64,000 nt of DNA, from assembly GCA_009783705.1 (NCBI GenBank), contig WRCX01000004.1, positions 1,827 through 65,826 on the forward strand, read 5' to 3'. How positions within the stretch are numbered: position 1 is the first letter of the stretch; every line of letters starts with the position of its first letter. The position numbers were made by a program, and so were the translations under genes. Positions 9,613-19,467 of this stretch are shown here, one piece after another. The DNA is from Candidatus Bathycorpusculum hydrogenotrophicum (GTDB lineage Archaea; Thermoproteota; Bathyarchaeia; Bathyarchaeales; Bathycorpusculaceae). The notes below the pieces were generated by a model. It saw only the letters and a program-made list of their open reading frames with translations. It made no database searches and was not told the DNA's origin.

Positions 9613-11889
9613 TTGGGGGAAACATTCAAGGAACGACTCGGCGGTTTCAATAGATTCGGACTCAGAATAAGCCACGGCACAATCATTGCAGGCGTAGCGT
9701 TGCTTCTCATACTCTTTATTGCAGTAACCATTCGTCTGTTGCCGCTCCGATGGGAAAACCTTACAGCCGGCACATCATTTCTCAACGAGTTTGACCCCTT
9801 CTACCAGCTCAGTATCACTAGACACATGGTAGACAACGGTCTGCTCTCCCCGTATTATCCTCAGCCTTGGATTGACACAATGAAATGGTATCCAACAGGC
9901 TTAGATATGTCCACTTCACTACCTGCTCTACCAGCGACAGCGGCTGTTCTCTACGGTATAGCATCCATTTTTAGTCCAAACATTGATTTAATGACTTTCT
10001 GCGCAATTCTACCCGCATTTATAGCTGCACTTTCCTGTATTATCATCTACTTTATAGGCAAAGACATGGGCGGCAGAACAGTTGGTTTATTTGCTGCGTT
10101 ATTTCTCGCATTAGCCCCGTCTTTTCTGCAGAGAAGTTCCTTGGGATTCTTTGATACTGAAGTCCCGGGAGTTTTGGGTCTAGTTTTCTTCATATTCTTC
10201 TTCCTGCGTTCTATGGATAGTAATCGTTCGCTTAAGGGCTCCCTTCTGTATTCATTAGGTGCAGGTCTAGCGTTAGCATACTTTATTTCTGGTTGGGGTG
10301 CTGCATACTATGCTATTGCCTTAGCCAGTCTCTTTGTCTTTGTTATGGTTCTCCTCAAACGCTACAGTACCCGAATGCTTGTAACCTACAGCGTAACCTT
10401 TGGTTTAGCCCTGATGATAGGTACCAAAGTTCCCTACATCGGCCTGAGATATCTAACCTCGGGTGCAATTCTGCCTGTAGCCTTTGTATTTGTAGTGCTG
10501 ATAATAGCAGAGCTTCTGCGCAATAACATATCGATAAAAAGTAAGTTAACTCTCACGGTTGCATCATTGGTTGCCATAGTTGGCGGAGTTTCTATCCTTG
10601 CGATAACTGGTTCACTTGTTGATCTGGCAGGTAAATTTATCACAGTTCTAAATCCATTTATCCGATCAGATTCGCCGCTTGTTGACTCTGTAGCTGAACA
10701 GAGGCTATCGGGCTGGGGTAACCTCTATATTGAATTCGGGATCGTTATCCTGTTCTTCCTAATCGGTTTATTCCTCACAATACGCAAACCAACTAACCGA
10801 AACATCTTCATGTTGCTCTTTGCGGCAACTTCGCTATATTTCGCAACTTCAATGGTTCGGTTGTTGGTAATCTTAGCACCGGCATTTGCCATACTCGCCG
10901 CCATAGGCATATATGGTCTGCTAAAGCCGTTCTGCGCAAGTCTAAAAGACACATCTAAAAACATTGCCAAATCCAAACGCAAAATAATGCGCGTCAGCAG
11001 AGAATACGGCGGCATAGCAATCTTGTTTGTATTCATACTCCTAGTAACAAACTTGGCAGTTTCACCACAAAGCGGTGGCATGCCAAGACCAGTATCACAG
11101 GCGCTCACACCTACTGCAATAAGCGCCTCCAGTCTTCCAGTGGGTGGTGCTGGATTAACCGAACCTATCACTGCATGGCTAGATGCCATTACCTGGTTAA
11201 AAGAGAACGCTAAATCAACCGATGTTGTGGTTATGTGGTGGGACTACGGAAACTGGCTAAGCGACCTTGGAAACGTGACCAGTTTGGCAGATAACACCAC
11301 TGTAAACGCTACACAAATAGCAAACGTGGGTTTCATATTCATGGGCGACGAGGAACAAGCCATGAAAATGCTCTCCGCATATGGTCAAGAAAACACCAAA
11401 TACATCGCAATCTTTACAGTCTTAGCTCTCCAGTCAGACACTAGCACAGAAACATACTATATGGTCCCAGCAGGTTATGGCGACGAAGGCAAATGGACTT
11501 GGATGGCACGTATTTCAGGGCAAGATAAACAACGCTTCATAGATCAAGGCTTCATAAGCGCCGCAGATGCATGGGTTGACGAAACCACCTTTGGCGAAAG
11601 CACACAATACGGCTGGCAATGGAATGAGCGCGGTCTAAACACTACTATAGTAAAACTCCTAACCTATACTGAATATACCTACTGTGCATTGATGCAAGAG
11701 CTTGAAGTGCCAGTAAGTCCAAGTTCGCAACAGGTTGAACCGTTGCAATACTTCAAACCTGCGGCATCTGATTCATTCAATTCATTTGCAGGTCTATTGA
11801 CATCGCCCTTCCAATATGGACTGGTACCGATCGTGGCCATCTTTGAGATAGACTGGGCCGCATACAACCTTGATCACCCAGTTCGGTAA
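9613..11889 (+). CDS. aglB: Oligosaccharyltransferase catalytic subunit AglB/STT3
   Basis: EFDPFYQ, FDTE, SVAE, WWDYG, DNTT, DEGKWTWMARI; ~13 TM helices. Confidence 0.95.
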   Translation: MGETFKERLGGFNRFGLRISHGTIIAGVALLLILFIAVTIRLLPLRWENLTAGTSFLNEFDPFYQLSITRHMVDNGLLSPYYPQPWIDTMKWYPTGLDMSTSLPALPATAAVLYGIASIFSPNIDLMTFCAILPAFIAALSCIIIYFIGKDMGGRTVGLFAALFLALAPSFLQRSSLGFFDTEVPGVLGLVFFIFFFLRSMDSNRSLKGSLLYSLGAGLALAYFISGWGAAYYAIALASLFVFVMVLLKRYSTRMLVTYSVTFGLALMIGTKVPYIGLRYLTSGAILPVAFVFVVLIIAELLRNNISIKSKLTLTVASLVAIVGGVSILAITGSLVDLAGKFITVLNPFIRSDSPLVDSVAEQRLSGWGNLYIEFGIVILFFLIGLFLTIRKPTNRNIFMLLFAATSLYFATSMVRLLVILAPAFAILAAIGIYGLLKPFCASLKDTSKNIAKSKRKIMRVSREYGGIAILFVFILLVTNLAVSPQSGGMPRPVSQALTPTAISASSLPVGGAGLTEPITAWLDAITWLKENAKSTDVVVMWWDYGNWLSDLGNVTSLADNTTVNATQIANVGFIFMGDEEQAMKMLSAYGQENTKYIAIFTVLALQSDTSTETYYMVPAGYGDEGKWTWMARISGQDKQRFIDQGFISAADAWVDETTFGESTQYGWQWNERGLNTTIVKLLTYTEYTYCALMQELEVPVSPSSQQVEPLQYFKPAASDSFNSFAGLLTSPFQYGLVPIVAIFEIDWAAYNLDHPVR

Positions 11890-12767
11890 TGCAGGAACGT
11901 AACAAAGTGTTGCCAAGGGTTCCTGACCAGCACAAAGTTGGGCGCCCTCTAATCCCCAACGGTTTAGGCGTTTTTTACGTCCTATTCACAACCGTTTATC
12001 TTTTTTTGGTTTATTTTTTGCAACAAAGCTCCAACCCTGAGCCCGTTTCAGCCGCTTTTACATTAGCGGCTTGTGTGCTCTTTGGCGGTTTTATGGGTAT
12101 GATGGATGACTGGATAGATTTGAAATGGCGCTACAAAGCATTTATGCCCATCATCGCTGCCCTGCCTTTGATTTATTATGCTCAAGCAATCGGTGCCAGA
12201 ACAAGCATAGCTCTGCCCTTTTTAGGCTTGGTGGACTTCGGCAGTGCATACTTCTACATTATAATCCCCCTAATCGTCATGATCGTGACTAATGTTGTAA
12301 ATCAACTTGGAGGATTAAATGGACTTGAATCCATCTGCCCCGCCATAGTCATAGCTGGTCTGATGGCTTTCTCGCCAAACTATCTGCTTATGGTTGGTCC
12401 CCTTCTGTTCTGGCTGGTTTTAGCCGCAATTAACTTTTCCGGAAAAATCTTTGTAGGAAATACAGGCTCATTTGCAATAGGCATGACCGTCGCCTCATTT
12501 GCCGTCATATCCGACTTAAAAGTCAACCTGTTTGTTTCCATTCTCCCCTTCATCTTTAACTCTGCTCTTATCCTGCTCTCTGCCTTTTTTGTAGGCAAAA
12601 AAGCGGCAGTAACATTCGACGGCAAAAAACTCTGCTCTGAGAGCCGAAAAAGCCTTGTAACCATCATAACATACCGCCGTCCTCTCACCGAACGCCAAGT
12701 AGTCTTAATCATCTCATTAATCGTTGGGTTGTTTACTTTGCTTGGAGCATTAACCCATATATTCTAA
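11889..12767 (+). CDS. UDP-GlcNAc:dolichyl-phosphate GlcNAc-1-P transferase (GT4/MraY-like; AglH/ALG7-like)
   Basis: GMMDDW, NVVNQLGGLNGLE, IFVGNTG; TAATG overlap with aglB. Confidence 0.8.
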   Translation: MQERNKVLPRVPDQHKVGRPLIPNGLGVFYVLFTTVYLFLVYFLQQSSNPEPVSAAFTLAACVLFGGFMGMMDDWIDLKWRYKAFMPIIAALPLIYYAQAIGARTSIALPFLGLVDFGSAYFYIIIPLIVMIVTNVVNQLGGLNGLESICPAIVIAGLMAFSPNYLLMVGPLLFWLVLAAINFSGKIFVGNTGSFAIGMTVASFAVISDLKVNLFVSILPFIFNSALILLSAFFVGKKAAVTFDGKKLCSESRKSLVTIITYRRPLTERQVVLIISLIVGLFTLLGALTHIF

Positions 12768-12935
12768 CTCGGCTGATTTACCTGACTTCTCTGTTGTATT
12801 ATATCAAGAAAACTAAAATTAGCGGCACCTTTTAGATTTATTACCGGCTTACTTTTGGTTGCCGCATATCTATTTGTTGTGGATTTATTCCACTGGTATA
12901 GGCACAACTGGAAGTTGCTTAACTATGGCTTTGTT

Positions 12936-13604
12936 TTATAGTGTGTCTAGGGCGTGTTCGATTATGAACATTTCTGGTCCGGTAGTCATGGAGCCTGCTA
13001 CGGAGGCGTTGCTGTTGGCTAGTAGGCCTGTGCCGACATAGGGGATACCGCAGTTAACTGTACCTACATCAACGGGAACTTTGAAGATATTTTCGAGAGT
13101 TTTCTTTTCTTCCTCTTTTAGGAGTGGATGAGCCAAAACACCTTTGTTGGTTGCCACTGCAAGTGAGCCGACATAGGGTAGAGCGGCGATTTCACAGGGT
13201 ACGACTTCTACGCCTAGTGTGTCTGCGATTTGGTTGATTTCTTTGGGTTTGAAGCGGGGGTCTACGATTGCACCTTTGTCGTTGGCAAGTATCAGGTTGC
13301 CGTATGCGGTTTTTTTGCTTTCCATGATGGTTATGTTGCCTGTGAAGACTTTTTTTATGCGTTCTAGTTCTTCGCCACGGATGGAATTGGCTACCAACAT
13401 ACCGTTGCTATTGGCTGATACTAAGGCGCCGGCGAGAACAGAACCGCTGATAGTAGTGTAGATGAGTTGGGCTTTGAGCCAATCTGCGTATTCCTGAGCT
13501 TTCTCTTGGGTAACCATTACTGGAATAATTACTATGTTCTCTGTTGCTAAGGCGTATACGCCGATGCTTGCGCTTCCCACGATACTGGATAGGTAAACAG
13601 TCAA
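12936..13604 (-). CDS. eif6: Translation initiation factor 6 (aIF6)
   Basis: Repeated GNLILANDKGA, GSLAVATNKG, GTVNCG and TTGPE motifs; TTG start. Confidence 0.95.
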   Translation of the reverse strand: MTVYLSSIVGSASIGVYALATENIVIIPVMVTQEKAQEYADWLKAQLIYTTISGSVLAGALVSANSNGMLVANSIRGEELERIKKVFTGNITIMESKKTAYGNLILANDKGAIVDPRFKPKEINQIADTLGVEVVPCEIAALPYVGSLAVATNKGVLAHPLLKEEEKKTLENIFKVPVDVGTVNCGIPYVGTGLLANSNASVAGSMTTGPEMFIIEHALDTL

Positions 13605-13837
13605 AAATCTTCACTGTCCTGTACTTGAACAATACTGTTCTAGACTCCCCCATTTAAAGTTCACGGAAGCGCTTCGACTTCATTTATTTCCAATCCGTTA
13701 CTGACAAGCCCTATTTGGTAAATTTGTCTTCTTTTTTGTTTTGCTTGACAATCTTTGTTTTCTGGTGCTATATTATTTTTTGAGAGTGTTGCAAAAAGGA
13801 TTATAAGACGGTTTAGCCGTTTGTATGTAGAATAGTT

Positions 13838-14242
13838 ATGAGATGCCCAAAGTGTGGAAAAGAGCATTGTGTAAAAGCAGGCTTTAACCACAACAGACAA
13901 CGCTTCAAATGTAAAGACTGCAAATACCAATTCACTCAAACAGACGGCAAAAACACCACAAAACGAGCTTTTGCCCTGTATCTTTACGTGATTGGGCTAT
14001 CAATGAATGCTATTGGTCGAATGTTTAAAGTAGAGTCTTCCACAATTTTATATTGGGTAAGAAATTTTGCACTTAAAACCTATGAAAAACCCGCCCCTCA
14101 GGGTGAGGTTGTTATTGAGCTTGATGAGATGTGGCACTTTTTACATTCAAAAAAAACAAGGTCTGGGTGTGGAAGGCGTACTGTAGAACTACCGGTGAGC
14201 TTGTTGATTGGGAATGCGGAAACCGAAGCGCTCAAACTCTAA
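13838..14242 (+). CDS. insA: IS1 transposase InsA part (Zn ribbon + HTH)
   Basis: CPKCG...QRFKCKDC, HTH, ELDEMWHF. Confidence 0.88.
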   Translation: MRCPKCGKEHCVKAGFNHNRQRFKCKDCKYQFTQTDGKNTTKRAFALYLYVIGLSMNAIGRMFKVESSTILYWVRNFALKTYEKPAPQGEVVIELDEMWHFLHSKKTRSGCGRRTVELPVSLLIGNAETEALKL

Positions 14243-14535
14243 AAGAGATGTTTGACCGTCTTGAATTGTTGAAGGTTGAGGTTTTCTTTGCTGATAACTG
14301 GGAGGCTTATGCGGAGTTGATTCCGCCAGAGTTACTTACTCAAACTAAGGCGCAGACGCATGGGGTGGAGCGTAATAATTTTTGTCAGTGTCATTGGTGT
14401 GGGCGGTTTCGTCGGAAGACTTGTATTGTTTCAAGGAGTTTGTGTATGATTGATTTAACTGTGTCGTTGTTTGCTCGTTTTCATGTCAATGGCTCACGAG
14501 AGGAAATCTGGAACCTTGTTCTTAATCCTTTTTAA
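14131..14535 (+). CDS. insB: IS1 transposase InsB part, expressed by -1 frameshift at A8C (14149-14157)
   Basis: KKNKVWVWKAY, ADNWEAY, VERNN; lies in the -1 frame relative to insA across an A AAA AAC slippery site. Confidence 0.85.
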   Translation: MALFTFKKNKVWVWKAYCRTTGELVDWECGNRSAQTLKEMFDRLELLKVEVFFADNWEAYAELIPPELLTQTKAQTHGVERNNFCQCHWCGRFRRKTCIVSRSLCMIDLTVSLFARFHVNGSREEIWNLVLNPF

Positions 14536-14756
14536 AACACTCTCTATTTTTTTATGTCAAGTCCGGGTCTTCAAATATTTGGGTGGTTTTTTGGTTGATG
14601 TTTTGTGTTCTGGACGTTGTTGGTTGTTAGAGTGTTGCTTAACTTTTGAGTTGTTGTTGGTTGAGTGTAGTTTGTTGATTTTAATTCAACATTTTTTCAG
14701 CTACGCTTAGTTTGTTTGTTTGATTAAAAATAGTTTTAAAATAAAAGAAGAAGTGT

Positions 14757-15239
14757 TTATTGGTTTTCTGCCAAGTAAACGGTTACGTAACCGTCTTTGT
14801 CTTTGGTTACACGCGTTTTGATTCTGCGTGGAGGTTTCTCGATTCCTCGGCCCCAAACTTTTTCATTAACTTCTGGGGCGATGATAACCTGTGGTAATTC
14901 TTCACCTTCGTCTTCTTCAGTGACTTTGGTTTGAAGTTTCATATGTCTAGCTGCAAAGAGTTTGATGATCTGCATAGCGCGTGGTGCGCGCTTTTTAGGT
15001 GGACGAACAAGGGCTCTTTGGAGTGGAATGGTGTAAAATCTTTCTTCAACGATGTCGTCATCTTTCTTTTTGCGTTGGGCTTTGGCTTCTTCTTTAGCTT
15101 GGGTTTTTTGTGATGCCGCTTCTTCTTTAGCTACTGCTTGTTCTGGTTCGGCTGTTTCCTCTATTGTGCCTTCTGGTAATTCTGCTAACTCTTCCAGTTC
15201 TTCTTGTAGTACTTGTTCTTGTTCAGTTTCTTTTGTCAT
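14757..15239 (-). CDS. rpl31e: 50S ribosomal protein L31e with long acidic N-terminal extension
   Basis: ERFYTIPL, KRAPRA, VNEKVWGRGIEKPPRRI. Confidence 0.93.
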   Translation of the reverse strand: MTKETEQEQVLQEELEELAELPEGTIEETAEPEQAVAKEEAASQKTQAKEEAKAQRKKKDDDIVEERFYTIPLQRALVRPPKKRAPRAMQIIKLFAARHMKLQTKVTEEDEGEELPQVIIAPEVNEKVWGRGIEKPPRRIKTRVTKDKDGYVTVYLAENQ

Positions 15240-15252
15240 GGCTATTTTCTCC

Positions 15253-15411
15253 TTACGGCTTTATTTTGCTAGTCCGCCAGTTGCGCCTAGATTTGGGATT
15301 CATTCTGACTTTACCGTCAGTTCTTGCTATGACCCATGTTGGTACGGACTGCGACTCTCTGCCGGCTTTAGCTAAGCGGAGTTTTTTCGCGGTTGGTTTT
15401 ACTCTTGCCAT
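15253..15411 (-). CDS. rpl39e: 50S ribosomal protein L39e (52 aa, below ORF-track cutoff)
   Basis: Manual translation MARVKPTAKKLRLAKAGRESQSVPTWVIARTDGKVRMNPKSRRNWRTSKIKP; conserved synteny. Confidence 0.93.
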   Translation of the reverse strand: MARVKPTAKKLRLAKAGRESQSVPTWVIARTDGKVRMNPKSRRNWRTSKIKP

Positions 15412-15414
15412 TTT

Positions 15415-15744
15415 CTATATCCTTCTGATGGTTGTCTCTCGCTTCCGTGATTGAAGCTGTAGTAGGATCGATTTGAGCTGTACATCTGAGAGTGGAATCG
15501 GCAATCTGCCGGTTTGAGCCATCTCGATGAGCTGCAACTCGATTTGTTCAGCAAAGTCTCGTTTAACCATTTTCAGGTTATTTAGCCTTTGCCGTGCTTC
15601 AGGCGACAAAATCTTTGCTAAGAGCGCCTGTTTTTGTTGTTCAATTTGTTGTTCGGCTTGAGCTTGTCTCTGGTCATCGCTTACTCGATTCTGCATCGAG
15701 TGAAGCTTTCTTTTACGAATTTGCTCAAGCTCGTCATCTGACAT
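15415..15744 (-). CDS. PDCD5-like DNA-binding protein
   Basis: MSDDELEQIRKRKL, ILSPEARQRL; conserved position after rps19e. Confidence 0.92.
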   Translation of the reverse strand: MSDDELEQIRKRKLHSMQNRVSDDQRQAQAEQQIEQQKQALLAKILSPEARQRLNNLKMVKRDFAEQIELQLIEMAQTGRLPIPLSDVQLKSILLQLQSRKRETTIRRI

Positions 15745-15750
15745 GGTTTC

Positions 15751-16215
15751 CTATTCGCCTTGATACTTCTTGAGCTCAGGTGTAGTCTTGAAGAGTTCTT
15801 TTGCAAGATCCCCTGCAACTTCCTGTGCTAGCTTGCGTCCTTTGGGTGTCATGATTCTACCCTTTGGACGAGTAACTTGGATTAAACCGGCTGTTTCAAG
15901 TTGTTTGAGAGCTTTACGTATGTTGCTCCCTCCGGCTTTTGTAGCCCGATTCGGCTTACTGCCCCGGTTTTTTCTTCCGCCATAATCTGAGCGGAGGTTC
16001 TCCAGACCGATTGGACCGTGAACGTAAACTTTACGCATTATAGATGCGCTTCTTGTATACCACCATGCTGGATTCTGTGGTTGTTTCTCAACATGAGAGC
16101 CGGTCTTAGCGAAGGGTGCCCATGGCAAAGGTTGCACTTCATCAACATTTTCCATAAGATACTTTGCTAAACGATCGATGAACATTGAAGATGGAACGTC
16201 ATGAGGAGTCATCAA
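15751..16215 (-). CDS. rps19e: 30S ribosomal protein S19e
   Basis: AKTGSHVEKQP, WWYTRSASIMRK, RKALKQLE. Confidence 0.95.
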   Translation of the reverse strand: MMTPHDVPSSMFIDRLAKYLMENVDEVQPLPWAPFAKTGSHVEKQPQNPAWWYTRSASIMRKVYVHGPIGLENLRSDYGGRKNRGSKPNRATKAGGSNIRKALKQLETAGLIQVTRPKGRIMTPKGRKLAQEVAGDLAKELFKTTPELKKYQGE

Positions 16216-16581
16216 AGGTACTCTATCCTGTAGTTTTTCCTTGCACTAAAACAATGACGCCTAATATAAATGTATTCAGGCAACTCATCACACACAAGAC
16301 CAAGCCTGCCCACCTGCTCTCTGACCAAACTTTACCACACATAATACATATGTGCCTAAACAGGCCACTAAAAAACAATCCCACAAATTATTAATTGATT
16401 TCCCCGCAACTAACAGATATTTCAGTGAAAATACCAGTGTTTTTCTCCTGATCATTCCTCCTTTAACTAATACAGGTGTATTTTTAACCTCTGATGCGTC
16501 GGTTTCTACAATAAATGGTGACAAAATAAGTAGCCAGGTATTGCTTGATTTTTTTGTTTGCGCCCTTATAGATTTTTATAG

Positions 16582-17121
16582 ATGAGACTAAACCTTACTG
16601 ATGTAGAAAAATTACCAAGTGGAGAAACATCGTTGAAAGATGATAAACGTCGTGGGATGCTTGAAAAGGTTCTAAAAGACCATGACTATCAGGAAAGCGC
16701 TCTTTTAGAGATTTTGCATGGAGCACAGGAAATCTATGGATTTCTTGACAAAGAATTGCTCACCGAAATCGCTGGGGTACTAAACATTCCACACAGTCAA
16801 GTATATGGCGTCGCCACCTTCTACAGCTTCTTTAAACTCCGCAAACCCGGCGAACATGTCGTCACCGCTTGCCTTGGCACCGCATGCTACGTTAAAGGTG
16901 TCGAGCCTATCATAGCGGCAATAGAAAAAGAATTCAACCTCAAACGAGGCGGCTCAACTGAGGATGGCAAACTCTCCATACTCCAAACACGATGCATAGG
17001 CGCATGCGCCATGGCACCAATCCTCTCAGTGGATGATGTAGTCATAGGAAAAGCCACCAAAGAAGTCGTCATCGCACACATCAAGAAGGTCTTGGGGGAA
17101 ACTAACTCTGAAACTGTCTGA
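16582..17121 (+). CDS. hoxE: Bidirectional hydrogenase subunit HoxE (NuoE-like 2Fe-2S)
   Basis: YGVATFY, CLGTACYVKG, RCIGACAMAP. Confidence 0.85.
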   Translation: MRLNLTDVEKLPSGETSLKDDKRRGMLEKVLKDHDYQESALLEILHGAQEIYGFLDKELLTEIAGVLNIPHSQVYGVATFYSFFKLRKPGEHVVTACLGTACYVKGVEPIIAAIEKEFNLKRGGSTEDGKLSILQTRCIGACAMAPILSVDDVVIGKATKEVVIAHIKKVLGETNSETV

Positions 17122-18760
17122 TCTACACAAAATTCTCGAGCAGGAACTTGAATTCGAACGTGCCTACAACTTTCGCATAAACGTCTGTTGCTCTAGTAGC
17201 TGTACCTCACTCAACGCCCCCAAACTAATAAAAGCCTTCCAAGACGTTGTCAAAGAACTGGGCGTAGAAAAACAATGCAAAGTCGCCCGCACAGGTTGCA
17301 TAGGCGCATGCTCCGCCGGACCAACCGTTCTTATCGAACCCGGCGCTTATCTCTACCAAAACATAACCCCCGACAAAGTCCACAACATAGTTCGGGATCA
17401 CATCGTTTTGGGCACTCCAGTCAAAGAACTCCTCTATGAAAGCGGCGGATTCTTTAAAAAACAACACCGCCTTGTCCTGCGAAACGCAGGTAAAATAGAT
17501 CCCAACCGCATCCAAGACTACATAGCCATGGGCGGCTACACCGCACTAGCCAAATGCCTCTCAGACATGACCCCCCAGGGTATCATAACCGAAATCCTAT
17601 CCAGCGGACTGCGCGGAAGAGGCGGCGCGGGTTTCCCCACAGGCCAAAAATGGCGCCTAGTCGTCCAAGCTAACAACACCCCAAAATACATCGTTGCCAA
17701 CCTTGACGAAGGCGACCCCGGCGTCTACGCTAACCGATCCATCGCCGAAGCCGATCCCCATGCCATAATCGAGGGCATGCTCATCGCCGCATACGTCACC
17801 GGCGCAGAAAAAGGCTACATCTACATCCGAAAAGAATACCCCCTGGCCATTCAAACCCTCCAAAAAGCCATCGAACAAGCCAAAGCTATGTCCTTGCTAG
17901 GCGATAACATCTTGGAAACTTCTCTAAAGTTTGATTTAACTCTACGCTTTGGAGCAGGCGCATTTGTGGCAGGCGAAGAAACCGCAATTTTAGCCTCAGT
18001 TGAAGGCCGCCGAGCAATGCCCCGCCCCCGTCCACCCTACCCCGCCAACTCGGGTCTCTGGCAAAAACCCACCCTTATACAAAACGTGGAAACCCTCGCA
18101 AACATCCCCCTAATTATCCAAAACAGTGCTGCATGGTTCTCCAAAACCGGCACCCCCGCATGCACAGGCACCAAATGCTTCTCCCTAACCGGCAAAGTAA
18201 AAAACCCCGGCCTAATCGAAGTCCCCATGGGCATCACACTGCGTGAAGTAGTGTTTGACATCGGCGGCGGAATCCCTGATGGTAAAAAATTCAAAGCTGC
18301 CCTAATCGGTGGACCCTCAGGAGGTTGTCTGCCTGAACAACTTCTCGAAGTACCCATAGACTACGACTCTCTAACCAAAGTCGGAGCGATCATGGGCTCA
18401 GGCGGCATTGTAGTGCTAGACGAAGACAGTTGCATGGTAGACACCGCACGATACTTTACAGAATTCTGCGTCGACGAATCATGCGGTCGATGCACCCCCT
18501 GCCGCGCAGGCCTACCCCGTATGCTAGAAATTTTCCAAAAAATCACCCACGGCCAGGGTGAATACAGCGATCTTGAGGTCTTAGAAAAATCCTGCCGCTT
18601 CATACGCGAAGCCAGTCTCTGCGGTCTAGGACAAACCGCACCAAACCCCGTACTTACCACTCTACGCTACTTCAAAAACGAATACCTGCGCCACATAGAA
18701 AACAAAGAATGCGAAGCGGGCGTATGCTTTAAAAACCGAGACGAGGACGAAACCAAATGA
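17108..18760 (+). CDS. hoxF: Diaphorase large subunit HoxF (NuoF-like) with N-terminal thioredoxin-like 2Fe-2S domain; probable CTG start
   Basis: Frame is open upstream of 17408 and encodes INVCCSSSC...TGCIGACSAGP. GLRGRGGAGFP, DEGDPG, GEETA, ESCGRCTPCR, SLCGLG. Confidence 0.88.
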   Translation: MKLSDLHKILEQELEFERAYNFRINVCCSSSCTSLNAPKLIKAFQDVVKELGVEKQCKVARTGCIGACSAGPTVLIEPGAYLYQNITPDKVHNIVRDHIVLGTPVKELLYESGGFFKKQHRLVLRNAGKIDPNRIQDYIAMGGYTALAKCLSDMTPQGIITEILSSGLRGRGGAGFPTGQKWRLVVQANNTPKYIVANLDEGDPGVYANRSIAEADPHAIIEGMLIAAYVTGAEKGYIYIRKEYPLAIQTLQKAIEQAKAMSLLGDNILETSLKFDLTLRFGAGAFVAGEETAILASVEGRRAMPRPRPPYPANSGLWQKPTLIQNVETLANIPLIIQNSAAWFSKTGTPACTGTKCFSLTGKVKNPGLIEVPMGITLREVVFDIGGGIPDGKKFKAALIGGPSGGCLPEQLLEVPIDYDSLTKVGAIMGSGGIVVLDEDSCMVDTARYFTEFCVDESCGRCTPCRAGLPRMLEIFQKITHGQGEYSDLEVLEKSCRFIREASLCGLGQTAPNPVLTTLRYFKNEYLRHIENKECEAGVCFKNRDEDETK

Positions 18761-19467
18761 ACCTCCACACTCTAAAACTCAAAATCGACGGTATAGACGT
18801 TGAATGCACCGAAGGCTCAACCATACTAACTGCCGCAAAAGCCATCGGCATAAACATCCCCACCCTTTGCTATCTAGACGGTTTAACACCCTACGGTGGT
18901 TGCCGACTATGTATAGTTGAGGTTAGCGGCACAAGCAAACTCTTCCCCGCATGTGCCACCCCTGTTGCATCAGGCATGGAAGTTACCACGCAGTCCCCCA
19001 AACTCTATGAATACCGAAAAATGGTATTAGAAACCTTGCTGGCCGAACGAACTCACATTTGTGCAGTTTGTGTTGCCAATGATCACTGTGAACTCCAAGC
19101 TCTAGCCAATCAACACGGCATAGATCATGTTTCCTATGAACGAAACTGGAGTACCAACAAAATCGACTCTACCCACGACTCTTTGGTAATCGACCCTAAC
19201 CGTTGCATTCTCTGCACTCGATGCATTCGAGTCTGCGATGAACTCGAAGGCGTCCACACTCTTGACCTCAAATTCCGCGGCAAAAACGCCGATGTCATAA
19301 TGGACCAAGACGAACCCTGGGTCAAAGCCTGTAGCTGTACATCCTGCCGCAAATGTGCCAAAGTCTGCCCCGTTGGAGCTATATACGTTGAAGGCGAAAA
19401 CATTGAAACCACCAAAATTCCCGATGTCGCCGCCTTTATAGTCGAGCGGAGGAAACGCCTCAAATGA
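18757..19467 (+). CDS. hoxU: Diaphorase small subunit HoxU
   Basis: IPTLCY, GGCRLC, HICAVC, RCILCTRC, CTSCRKCAKVCP. Confidence 0.9.
   Translation: MNLHTLKLKIDGIDVECTEGSTILTAAKAIGINIPTLCYLDGLTPYGGCRLCIVEVSGTSKLFPACATPVASGMEVTTQSPKLYEYRKMVLETLLAERTHICAVCVANDHCELQALANQHGIDHVSYERNWSTNKIDSTHDSLVIDPNRCILCTRCIRVCDELEGVHTLDLKFRGKNADVIMDQDEPWVKACSCTSCRKCAKVCPVGAIYVEGENIETTKIPDVAAFIVERRKRLK

Larger units (their letters stand above)
13782..14544 (+). mobile_element. IS1-family insertion sequence (763 bp)
   Basis: 22-bp terminal IRs, GAGAGTGTTGCAAAAAGGATTA (13782-13803) vs GAGAGTGTTTTAAAAAGGATTA (revcomp of 14523-14544). 8-bp TSD TATTTTTT (13774-13781, 14545-14552). Confidence 0.92.

Noticed and set aside
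14560-14750. TTG/TTGT-rich tract after the IS
   Set aside because: Low-complexity strand-skewed intergenic DNA with no regular repeat unit.
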